From positions 1,364,001 to 1,428,000 of the forward strand of contig NW_025767091.1 of NCBI RefSeq assembly GCF_003918875.1: a DNA stretch of 64,000 nucleotides. The letters run 5' to 3'. This DNA is from Haliotis rubra. Taxonomy: Eukaryota. Below, in pieces: positions 26,124-37,791 of this stretch. A program made the translations under genes and the position numbers. Under the pieces are notes generated by a model. That model saw nothing but the letters and a program-made list of their open reading frames with translations, was not told the DNA's origin and did not search any database. Each line of letters starts with the position of its first letter. Position 1 is the stretch's first letter.

Positions 26124-26839
26124 CTGATAGGACACAGAACCGTCATGGTAACCATAGGCAGTGGATCCAAAATCCATGGTGTATAATCCAGTTATCCAAT
26201 ATCAGAGTTGACCACAAAAACACCAAGAAGTGGCTTGTGGTGAGAGGAGGATAGTGGAAGTGCGTCTTGTTGAGTGACTCACTAATATCATTCCTTCATC
26301 ACGGGCTTCTGATGAAGCATGAGACTGAGAAAAAATACTATCACAAAATCTACACTCTATGTTTGCCAGCCATTAAGGTGAAGTGTTGATAGGTGATCTG
26401 AACAAGAGTGGGGATTCTGGGTTAAAACTGTCCAGACTTGAGGTATGATGTGTGCCTTAAAGGAATGGTCATTATTCTACACAGCTTGTGGCAGCAACAG
26501 TAACAGCCCTGACTCAATCATAGAGGTAAAGGTTGAGAGGCAACTCCACGCTGTTTGACAAATCAAACGTGAGAGGAACATGTATGGTTAGTTATCATGA
26601 CGAAAGAAAGACACATCAAGCTTTGAAGGCAACAGCTCTGTACAGTCAGCAACAACCAGTTCCTCGATTCATGACTCTCCCTTTCACTGATAAAGCCCAC
26701 TTCTGCACCGACTGCCCGCCCCACCGCCAGCTCCAACATGTGCACAACCTACCTCCCTATCTGATGCATGGCAGCAGACACAAGCATACACACACAGAAT
26801 GGCAGACGCACAGTGGCAGACGCGAACACTACAATCTAC

Positions 26840-26938
26840 CTTGAGCCTAGGAGGGAAAGTAAACTGGCATCCAACTGACTGAATGTCATAGCCAAGGGAG
26901 GTGTAAGCGTTATGACCACTGCGAATATGCTTGCTGAT
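26840..26938 (-). CDS. Candidate 99-nt exon (ISKHIRSGHNAYTSLGYDIQSVGCQFTFPPRLK)
   Basis: tctgctctacctatgcag | 33 codons | gtagat; a second frame is also open; lies in a GC-richer unique block. Confidence 0.55.
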
Positions 26939-27044
26939 CTGCATAGGTAGAGCAGACAAACTTGTAGATTGAGGCAACAAAATACACTCAGAAAAAACAA
27001 CAGAGGAAATGATAAGGAGGGGATATGAACTTTATAACAGGCTG

Positions 27045-27215
27045 TTATTGCCACAGGATGAAGATGACCACAGATTGTATGAAGAAAACACTTCGGTAGC
27101 AGACGTTGATGTGAGTAGATGTGAAGGTAAGGCTGCCTTGAGGCAGCAGCAGACGTGTACAGGGAACGTGAGGGCAATAGGCAGATCTGAACCTGCCTGG
27201 TGTCAAGTTATTCTG
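27045..27215 (-). CDS. Possible alternative terminal exon with a hydrophobic tail
   Basis: Acceptor gtcggtttccccag; phase 0 reads QNNLTPGRFRSAYCPHVPC...VCYRSVFFIQSVVIFILWQ*. Confidence 0.3.
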   Translation of the reverse strand, partial: QNNLTPGRFRSAYCPHVPCTRLLLPQGSLTFTSTHINVCYRSVFFIQSVVIFILWQ

Positions 27216-27449
27216 CTGGGGAAACCGACAGCACTTGCAAAATTTCACAGATATAAACACAGGCTCACAGTGTGGAAAGAGTAAGTGAGGGAATTGTTTC
27301 ATGCCTCAACACTATCACAGCTAGGTCAGAGTCTTATCACAGCCATATTAGAGCCATATTGTAGCTATATCAGAACCACATAGCAGCAATATCACAGCTG
27401 TAACCCAGCATATCCCTGTATAGCAACACTACAAGATTGTAGCCATATC

Positions 27450-28530
27450 ACAGCCATTTCTCAGATAAAGCACAGCCATTTCTCATATAAAGCATATAAT
27501 TCTTCGGATAAAGCACAATCATATCAAAGCCACATCACTAACATTTCTCAGATAAAGCACATTCATATCAAAGCCATATCACAAGCATTTCTCAGATAAA
27601 GCACATTCATATCAAAGCCATATCACAAGCATTTCTCAGATAAAGCACAATCATATCAAAGCCATATCACAAGCATTTCTCAGATAAAGCACATTCATAT
27701 CAAAGCCATATCACAAGCATTTCTCTGATAAAGCACAATCATATCAAAGCCATATCACAAGCATTTCTCTGATAAAGCACATTCATATCAAAGCCATATC
27801 ACAAGCATTTCTCAGATAAAGCACATTCATATCAAAGCCATATCACAAGCATTTCTTGGATAAAGCACATTCATATCGAAGCCATATCACAAGCATTTCT
27901 CTGATAAAGCACAATTATATAAAGCCATATCACAAGCATTTCTCAGATAAAGCACATTCATATCAAAGCCATATCACAAGCATTTCTCAGATAAAGCACA
28001 TTCATATCGAAGCCATATCATAAGCATTTCTCTGATAAAGCACAATTATATCAAAGCCATATCACAAGCATTTCTCAGATAAAGCACATTCATATCAAAG
28101 CCATATCACAAGCATTTCTCAGATAAAGCACATTCATATCGAAGCCATATCACAAGCATTTCTCTGATAAAGCACAATTATATAAAGCCATATCACAAGC
28201 ATTTCTCAGATAAAGCACATTCATATCAAAGCCATATCACAAGCATTTCTCAGATAAAGCACAATCATATCAAAGCCATATCACAAGCATTTCTCAGATA
28301 AAGCACAATTATATCAAAGCCATATCACAAGCATTTCTCAGATAAAGCACATTCATATCAAAGCCATATCACAAACATTTCTCAGATAAAGCACATTCAT
28401 ATCGAAGCCATATCACAAGCATTTCTCTGATAAAGCACAATTATATAAAGCCATATCACAAGCATTTCTCAGATAAAGCACATTCATATCAAAGCCATAT
28501 CACAAGCATTTCTTGGATAAAGCATATCAA
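27450..28530. repeat. Minisatellite, 44-bp unit, ~23 copies
   Basis: Unit aaagccatatcacaagcatttctcagataaagcacattcatatc. Confidence 0.97.
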
Positions 28531-28719
28531 AGCAATATCACAGCCACTTCTCAGATACATCATAGAATTAATATCACATGATAGTATGAGCAGTACAAAG
28601 CAACAGTAGTGCCTATCGTAAGCCTATGTTAAGGTATAGGATGACCCTAGTGCTAAGATGGCTTTGTACAATGGCATCCAGGTCACAGTGACCTGCAAAC
28701 TCACAGTCTGTAGCAGATC

Positions 28720-29480
28720 CTACTTAATCTGGAAAGTCTATGACAAATCTCATTAATCTAGATAATCCATAGCGGAACCACTTTAATCGGAACGGTCTAT
28801 AGCCTAACCTCTTTAAGCTAAACAGTCTACAGATGAACCTTTTTAATCTGGATAGCATCAAGATGAACCTCTTTAATCTAAACACTGTCCAGATGAACCT
28901 CCTTAATCTAAACACTGTCCAGATGAACCTCTTTAATCTGATGTCTCTGATGAACTTCTCTAATCTAGTTAGTCTTTAAACCTCTTTAATCTGAAAAGTG
29001 TATATATGAACCTCATTAATCTGAACTGTGTACAGATGAACCTTTTAATGAGGATAGTCTAGATGGTGGTGCCTATTTAATCTTGACGGTACACAGAAAT
29101 CTGAACTTCTTTCATATGGATTGTCTTGTGGAGCCACTTTAAACAGGGTTGTCCATATATAAACTTCATTAATCTGAATAGTCTGTGATGAACTCTTTAA
29201 TTTCGAGAGTATATAGTGGGACATCTTTAATTTGAATAGTCTCTAGAAGAACATCTTTTATGTGGATATACTGATATACGGCTTGTATCTGGGAAATCCA
29301 TAGATGATTCTCTTTGAATAATCCCTAGATGAGCATTTTTTAATATGAATAGTCCATAGATGAACTTCCTTGATTTTAGTAGTCTTTAGATGCACCTCTT
29401 TAATAAGAAGTGACAACTTTATTTGTTAATCAGAGCTGTAGATACTGAAACTTCCCTAATCAGGACAACCAATAGTCCAG
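28720..29480. repeat. Old degenerate ~30-bp minisatellite
   Basis: Recurring atgaacctctttaatct motif at ~30-bp spacing. Confidence 0.8.
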
Positions 29481-31861
29481 CCTTCCTAATCACCAAATTG
29501 GATAGTTGGAACTTGTTTATCTGGACTTTATTATAGTGAAAGACAGTTTCTAATGGACGCCATTTCCTGATAGCCCAGGTACATGGGTTTCCTAATTAAC
29601 AAGGAACATAGCAGCATTGGACATCTTGAGATATATTTGTCATTAACAAAAACATATCTGTATTCTTAATATTCACTTATAATCATCAAAACTGTAAATG
29701 ATGTTGGTTTTAGATATATGTTACAGTAACTAATAAACTATGTTAATATGTAGAAAATTCAAAGTTTCCAAAGGAAAGGCACTGAATATCAAAGAAGCAA
29801 AGTTTCAAAAACATTTTTCAAAGAGAATATGTTTCTGGCATGTTGAAATGTTATACCTGCCGCCACCCCATGACCCCACAAACAACCCTTCTCCCCCTCT
29901 AGGTCTGTAGGTGTAACCAATACCTACCTCCAACATCCCTCCCAACAGGTGCCCTCTAACCTCACCCCACGCAGGTCATGCCAAGGTCAAGCATTGGCCA
30001 AAGTCAGATATATACACCAAGTGTGAGATAATTATGTTTATACCACACAAAAGTTGAGAGACCATTCCAAATGTAGGTATACTTCTCGATAACACCAGAG
30101 AGGAAAGGGCATGTAGGATCTGCCTTTAATTAGCCTGTAGGGTCAAACTTTTCCCTGATCCTTCATTGTAGGGGGTAATTATTCTCCACAACATTTCAAG
30201 TGAGACCAGAAGTTTATGACATAAGGGTCAAGTAATAAACCTTATGTATTCCTGAGGGAGAATCACAGGCAGTTTTCCAATCAAGTTCATTACCTGCATT
30301 TCAAAATTCATCCAAAACCAATGATTAATTTGTTTGCGCATCACAACTTCTATTTTCCTTTGATGAAAATAGTATTTGTCATGAAATATGTACCAAACTA
30401 AACCATCATTTTTGTAGGACTGTACGGTATTACCATCAAGACTAACAAACAGCATGTCTATCAAATTTGCAACTTTTGTATGTTAGAACTTCCACTATCA
30501 AGACGTGTTAGAATATGTCTCTCAAATACAAAGACTTTTTAAATCAGAACTGCCAAATTCAATATGTTTAATAGCACACCTACCAAATTCAGGACTTTTT
30601 TTTGGTCACAACTACCAATTTCAAGGCCTTTTCAAGTCTTTACAACAAGCACGTTCCCATCACCCAGAACTGCAATAGATCCTTGTGTGGCATTACTTCA
30701 ATCAGTGGAAATCAAAGTAAACAACAGCCACATGTTCTTTCAGCAATAAGCCACAAATATGCAGCTAAACTAAACCATCACAGCCACATCTTACATGTCT
30801 CTATCAAGGAAAGCTTACGTCTAAAAATATACCTTCAAGGAAGCCAAAGATAGCTCCAAATTTATTTTTGCAAGTAATTTCTGAATCAAGCTCTCATTAC
30901 ACAATGAGAAAGAATCTAAAATAGGGACAAGAAGCGCTGCCTTGCCAGCCCTGCATTGAAAGATATACCTTTAGCACTTCCTGGAGATATATATAGACAG
31001 ATAATGTCTTAGTGTATGCCTTGGCAAAATACCTGGCTCTGTTAAAGGCATATGCTATCTTTCTGCAACTGACATTAACATTTTATGCATTTTATATTGT
31101 GTTGGCACATATTCTAGTGGTTCATCTAAAGCAACTGTGTTAATCTTATTGCAAACAGGTGGTCCTTTAAGTCTGAGAAATGGCTTTCATATTTTCAAAA
31201 ATAGAGTGATGATGACGATAAAGGAATTAAGAGAAGTGTCTAACTGTCATCATGGCAAAGCTTATCTCGAGATTGTGTACTATATTCAACCTAACAACAT
31301 ATATATTGAGTTTTAAGTCACTGTAATCATTGCTTTCCACATAACACCACAACTGCTTATTACCTATGACAATTTAAAGGGGGTCTACACTTGAGGCATT
31401 TGACAGTCCTTCATATGTATTAGAAGGGGGCTGACTGATTGTATTTCGTCAAGTTAGATATCAATGATCAGTTTACCCTGAAATAGCACACAGACCAACG
31501 AGCCATATCTTTTTCTGTCGTTTATTTCCTAATCCTTGAAAACCAAGAAGATGTAGCAAGTTTTTTTATAAACATGTCTCTCGGCTGATAAGTTTTGAAT
31601 TTGAAGCACCTCTAGTAGTAATAGAGGGGGTGGGGTTTACTACCGCAGATGCAGCTTAGAGGCTTATTTGTGGGAATTAAGCCTCCCAGCCCCCCTTAAA
31701 AAATATCGAGAACCATCCTTCGATGTGCAAGTTCAAATAAAAAAATAGTAAAAAGCCCTCTGTGGACACAACCCACGGACGGAGAAATTCGTGTTTTGAC
31801 CAGAGACCCGCCTGGTCCCATTGATATGATGGCAGCGATGGTGAGTCACGTTTATCATGGT

Positions 31862-32536
31862 TTATATTAGAGAAGAAATTTTAATTGTTTTGGATAATTT
31901 TTCGGCCGTGCATTTCAAACCCATCAGATGTATGTAATCTTGTAGGAAAATTTTCGTGAGCGATATCGTGTTTTCCACGGTGAGGTTGACTCCCTGCTGA
32001 CTGGTGAAGGCATCCACGCCCACCCGTACGTAAACGGAGCAAACGTGGTATTGGTGTTGTTGGGTCCACTGGAGTTTGATACCTTTGACGATTTTGACGT
32101 TACCAACCCGTGGTTCGCCGAGGTAGACTTGGATGATCAGCGTGGATTGCGCCGGCAGATTTTGCAGGATGTCGACCACGCTGTCGAATTCCGACACTAA
32201 CTGCAACGTCGCGTTTGACGTCTCGGATTTACTCGATAGGATGTGAGCTATTGGTTGCGGCAGCGTGCTGACGATGACGCTGCGTCTTTGCGTCGGGACA
32301 TAAGCCACGATCAGCGTTCCGTTGTTCACGACTTTCGTGAGGTGGTCTTTGTTTTCCGTGAGAGAGGGGAGAGTCTAGCGCGATGTAGATATTCCAGTTG
32401 ATTCGAGAGGGCACGAACACCAATCGGTTGTCGTTGGTCCACGTCGGTCAACGTTGTCCAGGTCGAAGAGTTTGCCGCCAAAGGCTGGAACCATCACCCA
32501 TGTGTTATTGGCGTTGCGAACGAGATTGTACTGCAT
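31862..32536 (-). pseudogene. Frameshifted uncharacterised Polinton ORF (beta-rich, possibly structural)
   Basis: Segments MQYNLVRNANNTWVMVPAFGGKLFDL.., VFVPSRINWNIYIALDSP.. and NNGTLIVAYVPTQRRSVIV... lie in different frames inside the TIRs. Confidence 0.6.
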
Positions 32537-32689
32537 GTTTTTAAGAGAACTCCGGTCTCGACATCGTCTAAATCTCCTAGGTTACCACGACACCGGGCTC
32601 ATCGAAGCCGCGCGTCTCCCCGAGGTCGGAGATCGCTAGGTTGGCGCATTTTCTCAGTCGCATGGTTGTTCCCGGACCCGAAGCTTCAG

Positions 32690-33336
32690 TCATCGTTGTT
32701 TGATGTGCAGCATCACGCTCAGGTATCCTATATGAACGGGTTTATATTTTATATCTAAAACTGATAGTTTCAATTTCGTGATGTTGCCTCGCGTTAATTT
32801 CTTGTACAGCAAGGTCGAAATCGATTCGGTTCTGCCGTCGTACTTTTCCGTTTTCACCGGCACGGCTCTCAGCAGTGTGGAAGGTTGTCTGTCATGCTCA
32901 GCTGATCGAGGTGAATGCACAGTTCGTGGTAGGGGACGAGGCTCGGCAATTTCGAGCCCGTGACAGTGTCTCGAGGTGCTATCTCGTAAGTTGCCAACCC
33001 GTGTGTTCTCGCCAAGGGTCGACCCAGTTTGATGGGTTGGTCTCCGTTCGTCAACTTGAGCGTGACATCCGACTCGTTGAGTTTAAGACTGGCTCCGACG
33101 GGTTTAAAAATTTCGTCGTCCAGTATACACACATGTTATAATAACCGTCGGTCAACAGGTGGCAGCTATTATCGATAAAAAGCTTGTTGTTGTTTCTCTT
33201 AGCGCTGATATTCGACCATCACGGGTAGTAGGCGAGATCGCAGAGCACAACTTCCGAGTTCCCCCGACGTGTTATCGATCGCTTGCAGCAGCGGAATGGG
33301 TTTGCCGCTCGTGATTCCCGGGAGCGTGACGTACAT
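32690..33336 (-). pseudogene. Polinton minor capsid (penton)-like gene remnant
   Basis: MYVTLPGITSGKPIPLLQAIDNTSGEL / EVVLCDLAYYP*WSNISAKRNNNKLF..TDGYYN / ..LCIHLDQL.. / STLLRAVPV..YKKL..ITKLKLSVLD..VMLHIK; ~215 codons with the NIS-NN, GYY and LRxVP pattern recalled for Polinton pentons. Confidence 0.6.
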
Positions 33337-33374
33337 ATTGAAAAAATATATACACGTAAATATAATAATTCAAT
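33337..33374. promoter_or_regulatory. Putative 38-bp bidirectional promoter between divergent ATGs
   Basis: catattgaa ... ttcaatatg dyad around an AT-rich spacer with TATA-like motifs. Confidence 0.45.
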
Positions 33375-34190
33375 ATGGCTACACCCCAGGACCAGCCTGG
33401 AGTGATTTATCCTAAAAGCGATAATTTAAGTGCTACCGATCTCACGCATATGGAAATCATGGTGGATGCGAAGGAGGGTTCCCACTTTCGAGCTCGATTT
33501 ATCAATGTATTTGAAAAGTATAGGCTTTCAGTCACGAATGTCAAGGCAGTCCACGCATGGTTTAACAACCCGATGCAATTCTGGCAGAATCAATTCAATG
33601 ACGCCATGTGGTGTGCAACGACCGGGTGTGGCATGACCTTGAACGACACTCGTCGTGAACCGCTGAATCAGTTCGTGTTCTATTTCCATGTGTACTACCA
33701 AATCAGATGCATTCTGAAAGAAATCAACACCCCGTTTCTGCAGGACAAGGTGTGGAACGCGACAAACAATCGGTACGATCGGCAGGCTTACGAACAGATT
33801 TGCAACGATTTCTAAATCGATCCGAACACGGATTGGCGTTTACCAGGCATGAATCACGGTTTGGGTATTCCTATCATTCACAACATGCCCCTCATAGAAG
33901 CCAGCAAGAAGTTGGTTTTTTTTTAAAGAATGGGGTGGTAAAATGTATGCGAATGCTTACGTCACGAGTAACGAGTGGAGAGATGATCCATGGCTTTTGA
34001 CGACAGCAAGGATTATCGCGTTTGGAGGTTTGAGCAGGGACCCGCGGACGATTGGAAACAATTTATCCTGGTTCACTCGCGCAAGGACCGTACGGTTGAA
34101 CGATTCGATTCGAACGTATGTGTGGGCGCAAATGCGTTCCTGCATTGTGGGTCAAGGGACAGCCTACAACGTGCAGAACCAGTACGTGTC
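33375..34190 (+). pseudogene. Uncharacterised Polinton-associated gene (stop and frameshifts)
   Basis: WQNQFNDAMWCATTGCG, FHVYYQIRCILKE, YEQICNDF*IDPNTDWRLPG, DDWKQFIL, RLNDSIRTYVWA; coding-like sequence continues across an in-frame stop. Confidence 0.7.
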
Positions 34191-34670
34191 CAGGTGAGAC
34201 GAGGCGTGGCCGGAGCTCACCGAAGCCAAGCCATCATCGAAAGATTCAACAGGACTTTAGCCGAGCATTTGTTCGGACATCAGTATGCTCGAGAGATGGT
34301 CAACCCAGAAAAACGATCGATGGAATGGGTCATACGCTTACCACGAGTGGTGTCGGCGATCAACAACGAATTCACTCGACTCCTCGATAAAAGACCCGTC
34401 GAAGCCATTCGAATGAAATCCGTGACAATCGAATCGGCTGCGCCAACGCGTCTTGGCACGGCCAAGAGAAAAACTACCGGACCGGGTCATCATGAGGTAT
34501 CTGCACCAGCCCGGGTGAATTCAAAGGAGGGGATAAACGTCGTGCCACAGACCCCGTATGGTCCATGAAAACGTACCACGTCGACCGAGTGGACATCAAA
34601 GACGACGAACCATATCTGTATTACTTGCATGACGGACTGGGTAGGGGATTCATCCGAGAATCATACCCTC
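34190..34670 (+). pseudogene. Retroviral-like (RVE) integrase, C-terminal half
   Basis: HRSQAIIERFNRTLAEHLF (catalytic-E helix), WVIRLPRVVSAINN..TRLL..P, then frameshifted RYLHQPGE..GGDKRRATDPVWS..YLYYLHDG..RGFIRE. Confidence 0.88.
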
Positions 34671-36004
34671 ACGACACGGTATTACCCCCAAAATAAAAAA
34701 ACAAAAAAATGCTCTGTCTGGGATTCTAATGCTAAAACTCTAGGTCCGAAGTCCGGCATGTTCCCTTCACGCCGGCAGTCTCACTCTGTCAGGGACGGTG
34801 CATTCAAGCTATATATAGCTCATACGCTTTGTGAGCTTATGTAACCCGATTCTAAATTAGCCGATTGTGGCTTCTAAACATGTTTTCACCCTCCAAACGT
34901 GCACGAGGCGAGCGAGACTGGTTCTGCACTACTGTAGCCAGTATAGACGGAGCCCAGCTCAAGATAAAATAATGGATTGTGTCCTCTACAATTTTTTCAG
35001 CATTCGTCGTCTAATGTATCGTATTCAGCGTTCTTCAAACTACCTACGGGCATCGTGTTTGTATTTTATGAGACATGGATTCGAGGTGAAAAAGCCACCA
35101 AACGTGCACAAAGTATTGAAGCGGAAGTGGAATGACGGGTTTCAGACATCCTTTGCGCTACTATAGACGGAGCCCGGTTTATGAGGATGATGCAATCTCA
35201 GGATAGACCCGTTAAACCGAGCACTCGGCTATCAGGTCCTCTGTGGCTCAGTCGAACGACTGCTGGGTACAATCAAGGTACAGAGTTACGCATCTCTGTC
35301 ACCGAGGTTCGAAGCCTACTGTTCAGAAAAACAACAACACGGAGCTCTCAGGGAGAGCGAGTTCGACCACAACCCCACGGGAGAAATACCAGTGCACCAC
35401 AAACATCATCAGACCAGGGACCAGGCGGGTCTCTGGTCAAAACACCAATTTCTCCCTCCGTGGGTTGTGGCCACAGAGGGCTTTTGCTATTTTTTTATTT
35501 GAACTTGCACATCGAAGAATGGTTCTAATATTTTTTTAAGGGGGCTGGGAGGCTTAATTCCCATAAATAAGCCTCGTTTCTACAAAAAACATAAATAACA
35601 GACTGGCGTCCTAAGTGATCTGTCCGCTTATCTAGACTTGCCTCTTTAAAGGATAGAATTACTGTACATCCATGGGCTTAGCATTCAGTACAGCCTTGGA
35701 GCAAGGCTACTGTTGGAGTTTCACTAGGAGATGAAAGGATTCTGGTTCCCTACGCATGGTATGACAGCCAGTTAAAAGTGATCAGTTGGTCAGGCTCGTT
35801 GATATGATTGGCTGATTTGGTGTCACTGTGCCTTTTTGACATGAGCCCTGTTTCATCAACCAGTCAGAGTGATCTGAACTCCCATACTTCAACGTAGGCT
35901 AAAAATACAACCATCATAGTTCTCATATCGTTTACTGCAATGGGACCCAAATAAACATCAAGCATCAACGCTGAAGGACAACAAATTTCTATTTTTCGAC
36001 TAAA

Positions 36005-36692
36005 CAAATATTGCTGACAAAGCATATTTACAGGCTTCCTTGATATACCTGAAATATTGCTGACAAAGCATATTTACAGGCTTTCATGATATACCTGAAA
36101 TATTCTTGACAAAGCATATTTACAGGCTTTCATTATATACCTGAAAAGGTCTTGACAAAGCATATTTACAGGCTTTCATGATATAGCTGAAATATTGCTG
36201 ACAAAGCATATCTACAGGCTTTCATGATATAGCTGAAATATTGCTGACAAAGCATATTTACAGACTTTCATGATATACCTGAAATATTGCTGACTAAGCA
36301 TATTTACAGGCTTTCATGATATACCTGAAAAAGTCTTGACAAAGCATATTTACAGGCTTTCATGATAGCTGAAATATTGCTGAAAAAGCATATTTACAGG
36401 CTTTCATGATATACCAGAAATATTGCTGACAAAGTATATTTACAGGCTTTCATGATATACCTGAAATATTGCTGACAAAGCATATTTACAGGCTTTCATG
36501 ATAGACCTGAAATATTGCTGACAAAGCATATTCACAGGCTTTCATTATATACCTGAAATATTGCTAACAAAGCATATTTACAGGCTTTCATGACATACCT
36601 GAAATATTCTTTCCAAAGCATATTTACAGGCTTCCATGATATAGTTGAAATATTCTTGCCAAAGCATATTCACAGGCTTTCATGATATACCT
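36005..36692. repeat. Minisatellite, 46-bp unit, ~15 copies
   Basis: Unit gaaatattgctgacaaagcatatttacaggctttcatgatatacct. Confidence 0.95.
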
Positions 36693-37544
36693 GTTTGAAG
36701 TATAACTGTGGAAATGCAGTGATTTAAGGGTATTTAGGTCAGTAATGCCGATATGTAAATATGCAATAATGTGTAGTAAGTTTTGGTGCTCTTGCAGTAA
36801 GACACTGGTTTGTTTGCTCAAGGCTTTATTCCTAACATATCTGTCTGGACATAACAACCAGTATGGACTGTGGTATAAAACAATTCCTTACCACACACTT
36901 ATTCAACCAGCCAATCAAATCAGTGCATTGTGGAGGAACCAAACCAGATTCCAATGCTCCATGTGTTGTAACCTGACAGGTGAATTTTCCATCACAAAAA
37001 TACAACAGTGATTAATAATGTCAGCTGTTTCTCATCTAAACTATTCATAGCTGGCAAGAACCATTGACTATCTTTATGATTGGAAAAGTATCTGGCAAAT
37101 GTTGCCTTAAAATCATAAAAACGGTGAAAGGTGCATTACATGAATTACATCTATTATACAAACTGTCTACATAGAGTGCAACAAAGTTTTTGCCTAAACT
37201 GTCAATGACCCTTACACTACAGGCCAGGAAGATAAACATGGTTACCATTAAAAACAAGCACTTGTCATATATGTTTCCTTGTCACAGTGTCCAAACAAAT
37301 GGAAGTGATGGATTGAAGCACAAACATGAAGCACCCCTCAATAACAACTGTACAGGTCTGGTTCGGTGGGGTAGCCCAGTGGTTCCAGCGTTGGCTCATC
37401 ACTCCTAAGGCCTCGGTTTGATTCTCCACATTGGTACAACGTGAAGCCCATTTCTGGTGTCCCCCACTGTGATATTGCTAGAATATAGCTAAAAGTGGCG
37501 TAAAACACAACTCAATCACTGTACAGGTCTCCATTTTACTACAG

Positions 37545-37791
37545 GAGTGAGCGAGTTTTGTTTTCACGCCACACTCAGCAATATTCCAGTTATATAGCGG
37601 CGGTCTGTAAATAATCGAGCCTGGACCAGACAATCCAGTGATCAACATCATGAGCAACGATATGCACAATTGGGAATCGATGACATGTGTCAACCAAGTA
37701 AGCGAGCCTGACCACCCGATCCCATTAGTCGCCTCTTACGACAAGCATGGGTTACTGAAGATCAATATTCTAACCCGGACTTTCACGGGTC
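37545..37791 (-). mobile_element. SINE family B with TSD
   Basis: TSD tttactacaggag; adjacent to a family A copy at 37363-37520. Confidence 0.92.

Larger units (their letters stand above)
31614..35575. mobile_element. Internally deleted Polinton/Maverick (adintovirus-like) element
   Basis: Left end begins AGTAGT; ~160-bp TIRs at 31659-31819 and 35417-35575; GC/CpG-rich interior; retroviral-like integrase and penton-like remnants. Confidence 0.85.

Noticed and set aside
30228-30853. Short ORFs in unique-looking sequence
   Set aside because: No recognisable motif or consistent exon structure.
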